DNA of 63,852 nt, counting the filler, from Octopus bimaculoides (lineage: Eukaryota), in the NCBI RefSeq assembly GCF_001194135.2. It is 5 parts of 5 records of this genome, joined end to end, with 100 filler letters (N's around TTAATTAATTAA, not from the genome) between each part and the next. Parts side by side here need not be neighbours in the genome. Positions count along the whole stretch, not along the records: positions 31,289 to 51,782 come from NC_069005.1; 4 more parts are not named here. One strand, written 5' to 3'. A model generated the notes under the pieces. It searched no databases, was not told the origin of the DNA, and saw nothing but the letters and a program-made list of their open reading frames with translations. The first letter of the stretch is position 1. The number at the start of each line of letters is the position of its first letter. The translations under genes and the position numbers were made by a program. Of the stretch, positions 38,140 through 51,409 are shown piece after piece.

Positions 38140-40343
38140 GTAAGGACACAATAATAATATTGTTATTATATCACCCCACCTCCACTCCTGTTCTTCCTTC
38201 TTATATTGTTGCTCTACTGGTTGAATCAGTAGAGTATTGGTCAAAATACCTTGTGGTATTTCTTCCAACTGTTTATGTTCTGAGTTCAAAGGTCACTTTT
38301 TTTGCCTTTCATCTTTTTGGAGGTTGCTGAAGTAACGTAACCTGACTTGTGATTCATTTTTCAGTTTTATACTGGTGTTCCAGTTTGCCATTGCATGGTT
38401 GATATGTTTTAGTAGTGTTGGAACTACTTTATTTGTGTGGAGAGATTCAGTATCCATGAGTGTGGAACACTGTCGAATGCTTTCTGGTAATCAATCCAAG
38501 TCAAGTTGAGGTTTGTCTTTCTCTTCTGACATTCCTCTTTGATGGGTTAATTCATTAGAAGTTGCATCTTACAATCATACATCCCTCTCCAGTACCTCTT
38601 TTGTTCTGAGAAAACATTTTTCAGGTGTATTACAAGCCACTTATAGATGACTGATGTGAGGTTATTGATAAGCCTGATGTGAGGTTATTGATAAGCCTGA
38701 TGTGAGGTTATTGATAGACCTATAATTTTTGGGGTATACAGTGTTTTTGTTTTTGAGAATTAGGGTGGTTTGTCCTTCCAGCATCTAGTTTGATGTTGGT
38801 TTGGGCTTGTTCATTTTTAAAGTAAATGCTGCCGCTATGTGAATATGAGCACTGGCGAGGTATTTCAGCCAGAAGTTGGAGATCTTGTCTGTCCCTAGAG
38901 TTTTCCAATTAGTGGTAATCTCATTGTGTCTGTGATTTCTTGAGCCATACCTGTGGTGTTATTTTGCTCTTCCTTGACAATAGTGGTTAATGTTGCTGTT
39001 TTGAGATGTCATATTCCTCCAATTTCAATCTTTAGGTCCTTATACTTGTCCTTTTTTCAAATGTTTTCAGAGATGTAATTTTTATCAGCTGGGGTTGCAA
39101 CACTCACCAAAGAACAAGTCTTTTCAATATTATTTTCCACAATAAGAGGTCAATTTGCTTGTAATTCCTAGTAGAAATTCCTAGTGGAAAGGGACTGGTC
39201 CTGAGCAGCAATGATATACCCCACTCAGTTTCTGGTTTGAGACCAGAGCATGACAGCTAATAATGTGTAAGGGCTTGGTCTACATCAGGGTCCTTGATTC
39301 TAGTCAGATATTTACCATGCAGTGGCTTTTACTCCCATTTCTCATTAATATATTGGAGCTGGTTTGTTTGGCTATGATTTCTATTTGTTTTGCCTTGTCT
39401 GTTGGGGACATATTTTCTTTGGGTACTGGTTCATCTAGTTATATTTCTCAAAGGTATATTTTTGTATTTTTCATAATTGAGTGCAACTTTTTGGTATCTT
39501 CATGTTTCAGAACCAGCTTTAATATTCTGTCATTTACTTGTTTGCAGGTAGGCAGAAAGTCCTGTAATTGCAATTTCTAATGAAAACTGTGATTGTATTA
39601 ACCCCTGGCTACTTTCTTTTCTTGAGAGATATATTTGATCTGTGTCAGCTTTTGTGTGATGCATATAATGCATTGCCATCAGCTTTCATATTTTAACATC
39701 AACTTTGTTTGTTGATCTCAGAGAGGGGGAATATTGAAGCTGTATTTGATTATACACATGGTCGATGTGTTTATGACCTGAATTTTGTTTCTGGTATTCA
39801 GCTCGGTTTTTAGAATAGTCCTTATACTTTGATAGCATTCCTTCCTTGTCTTTTCTCTCATTACTGAATATTTAATCCCATCTCCTTCACATATTTCTAG
39901 ATACTTATAACTATCCTGAGGTTGTTATTGTTTTATCTCAGGGTCTCTATCTAGGATGATGTTGTATGTGTTTGATAGCTTTCTTTTGATAAATGTAGCA
40001 TTGGTGCAATTGTCAATCTCAAATTCCATTTTGATGTTATCACTAAATTGTTTGGACTGTGTGCAGGAGTGCTTGCAATTGTTGATCATTTTTTGTGAAC
40101 AGTTTCAAGTCATCCATATAGAGGAGATGATTAATTGCTTTTCCATACACCATGTCCATAATTTGTTTCATTTAGAATTTAGAAGAAACAATGTTAAGCA
40201 GAATAACAAAAAAGATAACAAGTCTCCTTGAAAGATTCCACAACTAATATTGACTTCTCCAGCATTTATGTTTGTAGTATCAGTTTTGAGAATTAATGTC
40301 ATTTTCCAGAGCTACATGGTGTGAGATAAAAAATTCCCGATTA

Positions 40344-41778
40344 CAAGGGTCAGCTGAAAAGTTCATAAGCTGACTGAGATACACCCATGGAATGGGACCA
40401 AAGGAGGTTTAATTTTCAACATAGTCCCCCTGGCAGTACACACTTCTTCCATCGATGTTGCTGTGCTTGGATCTCATTGATGAAGAAGCTTTCACCCTAT
40501 TAGTAAAAAAAGTCATCGACAACAGTTATATCATCATAACTGTGATACTGGTTCTCAGCCAAGTGTTTCTTTGTGATGATAGCCAAATGGAGTCGAATCA
40601 GGAGAATAGGGAGGGTGATCAACCACTTCAAAGCCACTATCATGCACAGCAACCATTGAAACCAAAGACTTGGGTGCTGGAGTATTGTCCTAATGAAACA
40701 AGACCCATTTCATCAGTTTTCCTTTGATACTGGTTTCCAGCTAATTGTTTTTTCATATTGCAGAACAGATGATAGTCAAATGGAGCCAAACCAGGAAAAT
40801 AAGGAGGGTGATCAATCAGTTCAAAGCATTCTTAACAACAACTATACTGTCTGCTGCATTGTCCTTTCATTGTTTTTTTTTTTGCGGGGAGTGTTTGGTC
40901 TTGGTAGACTTTCAGAACTACTGCAGCAAGTTGGCATTGTACTCTCCATTGATGGTGTGGCCCTTTTAAAGATAATCAAATACAATTCCTTTTGCATCCC
41001 AAGAAACTGAGACCATTACCTTCCCTGCAGATAAAACAACCTTGGTCTTCTTTGAGCAGGTGAAGAGGTGTGTTTCCACTGCATGGATTGTCTCTTGGTC
41101 TCTGGCTCAAAGTGATGAAGCCAACACTCATTCTGGGTTAGGAAACATTGAAGGAAATCAGCTGGATCTGCCTGAAACACTCAGACTTTTCCCATGATGT
41201 GATCAGCCTGGCATGCTTTTGGTCAGCTGTCAGAAGATATGGCTCCCACTGAGTAGAAACCTTCATCATGGCAAGTTCATAGTACAGAATATTATCAATT
41301 CTCTCACAGTATATGCTTATTGCATTAGCTATTTGATTTATAGTCAATCACCTGTCGACCATCACTATGTGGTGAACACAATCACTGTTGTGGTGGTGGC
41401 ATTTGCAGGACATCAAGATTTTGGGTGATCTTCAAGACTCTCCCTTCCCCTCTTAAATTCAGCTTCCCACTTTTGCACTGTTTATAAAGCTGGAGTGTCA
41501 TCTCCTAATGTAGCAACCATGTCAGCATGAATGTTGTTGAGGGCTAAACTGTTTTTCTGCAGTCACTTGATAACACCATGATGCCAAAGTTTGTCTATTT
41601 TCAAGAGAGGTCACTACTAGTTACTTTTGAAGTCTTCTTTGAACTGTCAAATGTCAGTTTACCTGGAAAGAAACAGTGAAATTATTAATAAGAAAAGCTG
41701 AAATTAATGCATGTAAGATTTCACAGCTCTAGCATTACTCCTTCATAGTCAGCCTATGAACTTTTCAGCCCAGCTTCG
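40344..41778 (-). mobile_element. Tc1/mariner DNA transposon, near full length, degenerate transposase
   Basis: TA at 40342-43 and 41779-80. TIRs caagggtcagctgaaaagttcataagctgac and cgaagctgggctgaaaagttcataggctgac (reverse complement). WEPYLLTADQKHAR corresponds to WVPxxLTxxQKxxR. Confidence 0.9.
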
Positions 41779-41959
41779 TACTGGTGAATTTTTGAATATC
41801 TCCAAGCATACCATTTTTCAACTGTGAGGAAGACTATCAAAGCCGTCTTGTAGACTATCCTAGTCACTGAGTGTTGTTTTTTCCTGTTGGGACAATCTTC
41901 AAAAATTTGTTAATTAACAGTCAATGTTTAGGTGTATATTCTTTGTTTTTGATGAATTC

Positions 41960-43110
41960 AAGAACAAACCAAATTCCTGGGTAGCTCTCTCAACACAGTG
42001 GAGTAAATCCTGGGGTGCTGACAAGAAGGCAGATATCATCTGCAAATACAAGTTCTACAAGCAGTTCTGCTGGGTTGCATGAGCTCCAACATTGCTTGAG
42101 CATAACTCCCATCTGGTGGTGTAATGGCGCTTCCCAGATCATGATCCAAAATTGCAATGTAAAGAAAGGGAGCCAAAGGATCACCTTGTAGGACTCCAGT
42201 GTTCACCTTAAAACAATCAGTTTCTACTTCAGGAGTAATCAACTGTAGATAAAGTATCAACATACATGTGTTTGATAGTTTCAACAGTGAACTCCTGAAC
42301 ACCATAACCATTTAAGATGCTGAACATAACGTTACTGTCAATGGAGTGAAATGCCAAAGTTGATGAAGATAAGCATTGCTTCTTTGTTATTTCACATCTC
42401 AATTTGCCCTCACAGGGTTAAGATTTGCGAAAATGTCGATCTGATTTAGTTGTAGAAGAGCATCAAAGACAGCACAGGCGAGAAATTTCTGGGTAGTTAT
42501 CAGGTATAGTCAGGTTGCTCTTCTTAAGAATAAGAATGGAGGCGGATACACTCTGATTGTGGAGGTCTCCCCACTCCCCATTGTGTTCACTTTGGACCAA
42601 AATTGAAAAAGTTGAAGAGTTCAAGTACTTGGGTGGCTACATCAACACTTCTTTTGATGTCTCTACCCAAATTGGTCAGGCCTGGATGACTACACTGACA
42701 CTTCTTTTGATGTCTCTCCCCAAATTGGTCAGGCTTGAGTGGCTATCCACTCTCTTCATCAAGTCTGGATTTCACCAATCAATTGATCCACCAAAATCAA
42801 GATTTTCAAAGTCACTGTAGAATCAATCTTTCTTTATGACTCAGACTCATGGACCCTGACATCTGCACTGACAAAGAAGTTAGAAGAGAACTACACCTGT
42901 CTCTTGCATACTGCCCTTAGTATCTTGGCAGTCGCACACAACTAACAAGATCTTATATGGCCATCTTCTGAAGATTTCAACTGTCACAAGAAAGCATTGT
43001 CTAGCTCTTGCCGAACATGCAATGAGACACAGTGAAGCTGCTGTGAGTGTCTTGATGAACACAATGCAAGACTGTGATTCATGGAGGAACCTCATGGTGT
43101 CACCAATTAG
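41960..43110. mobile_element. RTE-like LINE fragment with internal strand inversion
   Basis: Minus 42560-41990: GVLQGDPLAPFLYI, VFADDICLL. Plus 42590-43110: EKVEEFKYLG, KVTVESIFLYDSDSWTL, to a 3' end. Confidence 0.7.
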
Positions 43111-43239
43111 AGTTCGATGACTTAAGATCCATGTTTACATCCTTTTTGTTCATCAGGGAAGATGTTAATGAGAAAGGCATATGTGTATTCCATTATGAGA
43201 GGTGTAAGGGCTTTGTACATTGTTGTAAGACTGCGAGTG

Positions 43240-46185
43240 ATTCCAATGGCTTGAGGAGAAGCTTGGGGTGTGGTTGGAAGTTGGAATGTGGGCAGTCTGC
43301 ATGGAAGGGGAGCTGAGGTGTCTAAGGAATTGAGGAAAAGGAGGGTAGATGTATACTGTGTGCTGGAGGCTAGGTGCAGGGGCCAGGGTGCAAGATTTGT
43401 GGGGGTCAAGGGAAGAAAGTACAAGTTGTAGTGGTCAGGAAATAGCAAGGTGACTGGAGGTGTTGGAGTTTTGATGAAGGAAGAACTCTGTGAGAAGGTA
43501 GTGGAGGTTTGGAAAAAGAGTGACAGAGTGATGACAGTAGTGTTAGCATTTGAGGAAGAAGTGGTGTGGGTAATTTGTGGGTATGGTTCACAAAGTGGAA
43601 GAAGAATTGATGTGAAAGAGCTGTTCTTTGATGAAATGGCAAATGAGTGTGACTTACATAAGGTAGATGAGTTGGTTTTGGGCATGGGTGATTTTAATGG
43701 ACATGTTGGGAAATGGATCCAGGGCTTTGAGGGTGTGCAAGGGGGAAATGGAATCGGGGGAAGAAATGTAGAATGAAGGATGCCTTTGGAGTTTTATGAT
43801 GAGAAACAGTTGTGTATGGTGAACACATGGTTTAGGAAAACAGAGAAAAGGAAGGTGACTTTCAGTGCAGGAGGGAATGAGACAGAGATTGATTTCATGT
43901 TGGTTGGCAGAAAAAAACAGAAAGTATCTGAGAGATGTGAAGACAATACCAGGGGAGTTGCAGCACAGGTTGGTGACTTGGATAAGAGGAAAGTTAAAAA
44001 GCGTGTGAGAAAGGGAACGGTTGAGAGNNNNNNNNNNNNNNNNNNNNNNNNNNNNNNNNNNNNNNNNNNNNNNNNNNNNNNNNNNNNNNNNNNNNNNNNN
44101 NNNNNNNNNNNNNNNNNNNNNNNNNNNNNNNNNNNNNNNNNNNNNNNNNNNNNNNNNNNNNNNNNNNNNNNNNNNNNNNNNNNNNNNNNNNNNNNNNNNN
44201 NNNNNNNNNNNNNNNNNNNNNNNNNNNNNNNNNNNNNNNNNNNNNNNNNNNNNNNNNNNNNNNNNNNNNNNNNNNNNNNNNNNNNNNNNNNNNNNNNNNN
44301 NNNNNNNNNNNNNNNNNNNNNNNNNNNNNNNNNNNNNNNNNNNNNNNNNNNNNNNNNNNNNNNNNNNNNNNNNNNNNNNNNNNNNNNNNNNNNNNNNNNN
44401 NNNNNNNNNNNNNNNNNNNNNNNNNNNNNNNNNNNNNNNNNNNNNNNNNNNNNNNNNNNNNNNNNNNNNNNNNNNNNNNNNNNNNNNNNNNNNNNNNNNN
44501 NNNNNNNNNNNNNNNNNNNNNNNNNNNNNNNNNNNNNNNNNNNNNNNNNNNNNNNNNNNNNNNNNNNNNNNNNNNNNNNNNNNNGGAAGCAATGAAGGAA
44601 ATGAAAACAGGAAAGGTAGCTGGTCCATCAGAAATAAGTGTGGAAATGATAACTGCAAGTGGACAGATAGGGATTATTGTGCAGATGGAGCTCTGCCAGG
44701 GTGTGCTGGATGGAAGAGGAATGTCAGATGATTGGGCACTAAGTGTTGTGGTACTGATTTTCAAGGGGAAGGGGAATGCGATGAGTTGTGGGACATATAG
44801 GGGAGTGAAGTTATTGGAGCATGCAATGAAGATTGTGGAAAGGGTGTTGGAGAGGAGAATTCGAAAAACGGTGAATGTGGATGAGATGCAATTTTGTTTT
44901 ATGCCAGGAAGGGGGACAATAGATGCAATGTTCATTGTAAGGAGATTGCAAGAGGAATACCGAGATAAGGAGAACGAATTGTACATGAGCTTCGTTGATC
45001 TGGAGAAAGCATTTGATAGGATTCCAAGGAAGTGGGCATTGAAGAAGGGAGGTGTACTAGTGGTAATAGTGAGGGCAGTAATGAGTTTGTATGAGGGAGT
45101 AAAGACAAGAGTTAGAATTGGATCAGAGCTGTCAGAGGAGTTTGCGGTGAAAGTTGGTGCACATCAGGGATCTGATCTGTGTTGTCACCGTTGTTGTTTG
45201 CAATAGTGGTTGATGTAGTGACAGAGAGTGCAAGAGAGGGATTGATAATGGAGATACTGCATGCAGATAACCTTGTTCTGATGAGTGAGACGATGGAGGG
45301 ATTGAGGGAGAAGTTTTGGAAATGGAAGGAGGCATTTGAAAGCATGAGTTTGAAGGTAAACCTCGGGAAGACAAAGGTGATGGTGAGTGGGGTGGAAGGA
45401 GAGGTGTTAGTGAGTAAGGTGGATCCATGTGGTGTATGTGAGAGGAGGGTAATGGCAAATGCGCTGTTGTGTACGCGATGTGAGAAATGGATTCATGGTA
45501 GATGTACGAAAATGAAGGTGACCCCAAAGCTGGCAAAAGAGCTTACTTGTGGAAGATGTGAGAAAGGAGCTGGAGGGCTGGCGGAACCAGTGGAAACGCT
45601 ATGGGACGAGGAGGAAATGGCGAGAGGGTTTTGTTATTTGGGAGATACGGTGGATGCAAGTGGTGGATATGAAGCAACTGTGACACCAAGAATGAGACTT
45701 GACTGGGTGAAGTTCAGGGAATGTGGAGCGTTGTTATATGGGAAAAGGTTCTCATTGAAGATGAAAGTAAGGGTCTGTAGGAGTTGCATGAGAGCTGCAA
45801 TGATGTATGGGAGTGAGACATGGAGTCTGAGGGAGAGAGAGATGGCAATTTTGAGAAGGACTGAGAGAGCAATGTTGAGAGAATTATGTAGTGTGAGGTG
45901 AATGAAGTGTGGTAGTATGGGCATGTGTTGAGGAGGAATGTGGATCATGTTCTGAGGAAGGTGCTTGAGTTTGAGGTAAATGGATTGCAGAAGCGAAGTA
46001 GACCGAGGAAAATATAGAGGGGACAGGTGGAGGAGGAGATTGGGAGGGCTGGCTTGAGAAGAGAGGATGCCCAAAACTGGGCAAGATGGCGAGATGATGT
46101 GAGGGCAGTTGCTATGGCATTGAGGTAGATCCAGTCACCCCCGTTAATAGGGACAAAACCTAGATTTAAAATACTGGATGATGAT
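43240..46185 (+). mobile_element. RTE LINE, near full length (endonuclease + RT), degenerate, ending in (GAT)n
   Basis: VGSWNVGSL...VLEARCRGQG; GMGDFNGHVG; KVAGPSEIS; YRGVKLLEH; FVDLEKAFDRI; LHADNL; FCYLG; MYGSETW. Confidence 0.95.
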
Positions 46186-48055
46186 ATAAAGTACATTATG
46201 GGTCTGTCGTTCTTAAGGTATTTTGTTTCATTGTTTTTGGTGAACTAAACAGTGTTACCATTTGTCAGCCATTCTAGGGTCATTTGCAGTTCCTTCATAA
46301 TTGTGTTGTAACAAGTTAGTTTCTTGTGTGAGCTCCATTTACTGGGCTTATTTTTAAAAAATCTTCTACACTTATTTGAAATTTTCTACACTTATCTCTT
46401 CGCATCCAGAACTCCAGTATTTCATGCTCAGAAGGGGACTTTTATTTTGATGGTGTCCTTTCCAATATGCCTCTTTCTCTTTTCTCTTTTACTTGTTTCA
46501 GTCATTTGACTGTGGCCATGCTGGAGCACCACCTTTTAGTCGAGCAAATCAACCCCAGGACTTATTCTTTGTAAGCCTAGTACTTATTCTATCGGTACCT
46601 TTTGCCAAACCGCATTGGTTGTTAAGCGATGTTGGGGGAACAAACACAGACACACAAACATATACACATATATATATACATATATACGATGGGCTTCTTT
46701 CAGTTTCTGTCTACCAAATCCACTCACAAGGCTTTGGTCAGCCCAAGGCTATAATAGAAGACACTTGCCCAAGGTGCCACGCAGAGGGACTGAACCCGGA
46801 ACCATGTCGTTCATAAGCAAACTACTTACCACACAGCCACTCCTATGCCTATAGAAGTTCTTTGGTTTATTTTTAAACATGCTGTTATCTTTGAAGAACC
46901 TGGATTGATTTTTAAAGCGGTGTATATTTGCAGCTTTGGCCTACACTTTTGTTTTATCTGCTCCGTTGCTTCACCAAATTGGTGTTTGTACTTTCTCATT
47001 ATCTTTCTCTTCTTAGATGGTTTTATATTATGATTGTTACTTAAGGTTTTCAGTATTTCTATATCAGGTGGGGGAGCATCAATTTGTTTCTTTCTTTTTT
47101 TTCTTGCCATGTTGGTCTTTTATGAGGATTTTCCACTCTCTTTTTCAGTTTTATGTCACACATTTTAGTGCAGACTGTAGCAGCAGCATAGAGCACTTCA
47201 TTCAAGGATGTGATAATTAGTTTGTTTCCATTTATGATGAATTTGTAGGCCATGTTCACTTGGCAGATTAGTTTGTCACTTTTTTTCACTATTATATCTG
47301 TATTTTGGAGTTTGATTCATTCAGCGATTATTTATTCTTCAAATTCTATCAGGTCCCTTTTGTTGTTATCAACACTATTTTCTCTAAATTGCTGCTATGT
47401 TTATCTAGTATGTCCATCTGCAATAGTTTGATCACTAGGGAGAGTATTTAGGTTATTTCTAGTTGTGTGCATCATGTTGTTTACTTCTTCCTGCAAAGAT
47501 TATTATTGTTGTTGTTGCTGTTGTTGCAGGGAACTGACTGGACCATTAGCATGTAAAGCAAAATACTTACTGACATTCTGTCTGTCTTTACATTCTGAGT
47601 TCAAATTCTGCTGAGGTTGGCTTTGCTTTTCATCCTTTTGGGGTCAATAAAATAAGTACTAGTTGAGTACTGGAGTCAATGTCATCTACCCACTCCTTCA
47701 AAATTTCAGGACCTGTACCTATTATAGAAAGTATTATTACCTCCACCTTAGCAAAGGCGAAGGTATTGTTTTCAGTTGTGTTTGTTTGTTTGTTTGTTTG
47801 TCTGTGGACAAGATATCTCAAGAGCTGCTGGATGAATTCTGATGAGACTTTCAAGGATGTCTGGTCTTGTGACTGGCACAATCTCATGAAATTTTGGGAT
47901 TGAACTGGTACCGAACAAGGATTCTGGATTATTTTTCTGATTCTTTTTACTTTACAATATATATGTAAAGTTTAACATAGTTCTCTTGTTATTATTTTTA
48001 TTCTTAGTTGTAATAGTAATATTATTGTTGTTGTTATTTTGTTTGTGTGTCACAG

Positions 48056-48133
48056 GTGGAGAAGGAGCGTCAGAAAGATGCTGAAAATGATATTGTGGTG
48101 GCCCAGAAACTGGAAGGATTTGTGAAGAGGAAA
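48056..48133 (+). CDS. POLRMT: POLRMT internal exon (VEKERQKDAENDIVVAQKLEGFVKRK)
   Basis: Acceptor tgtgtcacag|, donor |gtaagt; 78 nt, phase 0-0. Matches recalled VEVFRRQDA...VAQVLEGFITRK. Confidence 0.93.
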
Positions 48134-49704
48134 GTAAGTTCTCCTCTTTGCTGAAGTAGAGATAGAATGGCCAAGTGGGCAGAGGGGAAGGATGTTCAAG
48201 TCAATTACGAGCATTTTATTGTTTCTGGGAGAAAATATTTTATCCTACATTACTTCAGTTCATCTACCTGTGTGATACAGGTGCCAACAGATCATTACAG
48301 ACTTGGTGGTCTACACTAGAAGAAATTTTTTCTCATTACAGTATCTTATAGAGAGAAGATGTAATTCTTTATTACCTCAGTTCATATAGCCATAATGGTG
48401 AGGTAAAGGTACACCAGATCATATATGGGAAAGTTATCTATGAGAACTTGATGTCTTATTTATTTGGGATAGGCTTTTCATTTCTCTTCACAATGTTTTG
48501 TAATGATGTACAAGAACTGCTCTACGTTTGTACTTTTAGGTCTTTAAGAGGAATAGGTATCACTAGATTGTCTGTGCCTTTTCTGCGAAGAAAAGTATCT
48601 CTCGTCCACTTGATATTAGGAACCCAGAATGTTGATGCAGGTGTAGCTGTGTGGTAAGAAGCTTGCTTTGCAACCACATGGTTTTGTGTTCATTCCTACT
48701 GCATGGCAACTTGGGCAAGTGTCTTCTACTATAGCCTTGGGCTGACTAAAGCCTTGTGAGTGGATTTGGTAGACGGAAACTAGAAGAAGATCAATGTGTG
48801 TGCATGGGTGTATGTTTTTGTGTATGTATTTGTCCCCCATCACCACTTGACAACTAGAGGTCAATAGAATAATTACCAAGCTTAAAATATTAAGTACTGG
48901 AGTCAATTCATTTGACTAAAAATTCTTCAAGGCAGTGCTCCAGCATGGCTGCAGTCTAATAACTGAAACAAGTAAATAATAGAAGATAGCCAGGAATCTT
49001 AAAAACATCCCCTACCCTGCTTCATGTTTTAAGGAGACATTTATATTATATTTTCCTTACTTTGCGATTTATGTAAGAATTTTTTTCCAACAGTTCTTTT
49101 GTATAGCTCTGATTGGCTGGTATTATTTAGCTACATAATTAGACCTAAACAAGATCCTCTCCTATCTACATTGCTTGTTACTTTTAAATTTTAAGCATTC
49201 AAGAGAGAGTTTTCATTTATTAACAAGGCCAGCCCTTGTGAATTACAGGTACAACTCACTTTTGCCAGTTCAGTGGACTGGAGGAGTACTGTGTAACAAC
49301 GTGCTACTGGTTTTCAAACTCACAGTCTTGGGTTGAATAGACTAACCTCTAAGCCACGTAGAAGCACATAACAGCTGACAATTGCATGATCTCCTATTGT
49401 TAAACAAACATGCACAAATGACATATGCACATCCTCAAACAGTCACATATTGTTATGTACATATACGCACAGTCTATTTGTTTTATGCATACATATATAA
49501 ACACATGCACACATATGCACAGATATCAGCAGACAATTATAATCTTCTGTTGTTACACAAACGTACACAGATAGCAACTCACACACACAGATAGCAACTC
49601 ACACACAGATATCCGCACTCATTCCACACACAATCTGTATGTTAAACATACAGATATCAACATGCACATTCAGTTATTGTTTCACACACACACACACACA
49701 CACA

Positions 49705-50380
49705 CACAGTGTCATACAGTTATGCACACACACAATGTCATTCAGTTATACACAAACACACTGTCTCATACAGGTATGCTCACACACATGCTGCCTTGTA
49801 CAGTTACACGCACACACACAAACACAGTCTCATACAGTTACGCATGCACGAACACACACACAGTCTCATAGTTACGCGCACACACAAACACATAGTCTCA
49901 TACAGGTACTCCCGCACAGTCTCATACAGTTACGCATACACACAGAGTCTCATACAGTTTTGCACGTACACACACAATCTCACGGATGGCATGTGTAAAG
50001 ACATTCGAGCGAGATCGTTGCCAGTACCACCGAACTGGCTCCTGTGCAGGTGGCACGACGTAAAATACACCATTTTGAGCGTGGCCATTGCCAGTACCGC
50101 CTGACTGGCCTTCATGCCGGTGGCACATAAAAGCACCCACTACACTCTCGGAGTGGTTGGTGTTAGGAAGGGCATCCAGCTGTAGAAACTCTGCCAAATC
50201 AGATTGGAGTCTGGTTTCACCAGTCCTCAGTCAAATCGTCCAACCCATGCTAGCATGGAAAGTGGACGTTAAGCGACGACAAATACACACATTCTCATAC
50301 AGTTATGCAAAGCACACACACACACACACACACACACACTCTAACACAGTCTCATACAGTTACACGCACGCACACACAGA
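49705..50380. repeat. Minisatellite with CAGTCTCATACAGTTA core and (CA)n spacers, split by the 49985-50280 insertion
   Basis: About ten degenerate units before and two after the insertion. Confidence 0.75.
49985..50280 (+). mobile_element. RTE 3'-UTR-derived short element
   Basis: Ends ...ccagtcctcagtcaaatcgtccaacccatgctagcatggaaagtggacgttaa, the same tail as 21345-21760. A reverse-oriented relative lies at 23374-23640. Confidence 0.7.
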
Positions 50381-50479
50381 TACCAGCAGACAATCAGCAG
50401 CATATTTTTCATTTATTTTGTTATTTATTGGAACGCTAAAATCTTTGTAGGGCTCTATATTATGAAATGTATTACACAG

Positions 50480-50668
50480 GTTATTAAACAGACAATCATG
50501 ACTACAGTGTATGGTGTGACCAAGTATGGTGCTAAACATCAGATACTGAAACAACTGAAAGATCTACCGTCATTCGACCAAGATTTCCTGTGGGCTGCCT
50601 GTATATACCTTACAGATAAGACCTTCTACTGCCTTAATGAAATGTTCACAGCAGCCAGAGACATTCAA
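50480..50668 (+). CDS. POLRMT: POLRMT internal exon with motif B / O-helix (VIKQTIMTTVYGVTKYGAKHQILKQLKDL...EMFTAARDIQ)
   Basis: Acceptor ttacacag|, donor |gtaaga; 189 nt, phase 0-0. Motif B RKxxKQTxMTxxYG is completed across the splice. The four exons total 513 nt / 171 aa. Upstream exons (DFRGR region) and motif C exons were not found in the window. Confidence 0.96.
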
Positions 50669-50812
50669 GTAAGAATTATTTGTATTATTATTACTGTAAT
50701 CTTGGTTTCTCATCATTAGAGGTGTCGATGTTTATACATGTGTTTATATATATAAGATCTCTTCACATGAAACTATTGGTAGCCTCATTAACCCACAAAC
50801 ACAGTATGTGTG

Positions 50813-50872
<60 letters not shown>

Positions 50873-51409
50873 TTAAGGATGAAATCTACATTAGATTTTA
50901 TCTAGTAGTCAGCATGTAATAACCAATTAAGGTAAAAAATTTTTATAGAATATATAATTTTATAAGTACATTTATAAAACTTTAATAAGGGCTGAAAAGC
51001 AATTCTTACAACAGGCCAAACCACATGCTGAAAGAAGATGCCAAATGGTGCAAATCTACCTTACGTAAACACGCACTAAAAGCGAGAAAATAATCAAAAC
51101 AGTTCATGGATAGGTTCAGCTATGGATCAATTGATTTCGGAATGACGTGGAAAACCTGTTTTTTCCTTATCAGCATAATGTAACCATATGCATATTATTA
51201 TAAACAGCCCTACATACCCCTGGAACACAATACTTCACAGTGCATATACAACTGTCCACACTTATACACAAATTAAAATTCAAAAACTCTAGTTTGTTTA
51301 TCTCAGTGTTAATGACCAAATAATTCAGCAGTAAATAATTTTTGGCTGCATCTGTGAGGTTGAAATCATTGCATCTGTGAGGCCCAATGTTCGAAGGTCA
51401 TGCTTCACC

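Larger units (their letters stand above)
38360..47520 (-). mobile_element. Fragmented R4/Dong element hosting nested insertions
   Basis: In minus order: N-terminal region 47500-46850; WLTNGNTV...NDRPI 46260-46195; LTTMYKALT...IFPDEQKGCKHGS 43230-43120; WIxYK.AFDSLPHS about 41860; GIFQGD about 40235; INHLLYMDDLKLF about 40115; YKYL about 39905. A second WIDYQKAFDSVPH fragment lies at 38360-38650. Confidence 0.8.

Noticed and set aside
38651-38719. CRISPR-like array
   Set aside because: Tandem units without unique spacers, eukaryotic context, no cas genes.
50950-51400. Next POLRMT exon (expected xWLTE...VEW.TPLG)
   Set aside because: No matching frame found after any AG before the spacer.
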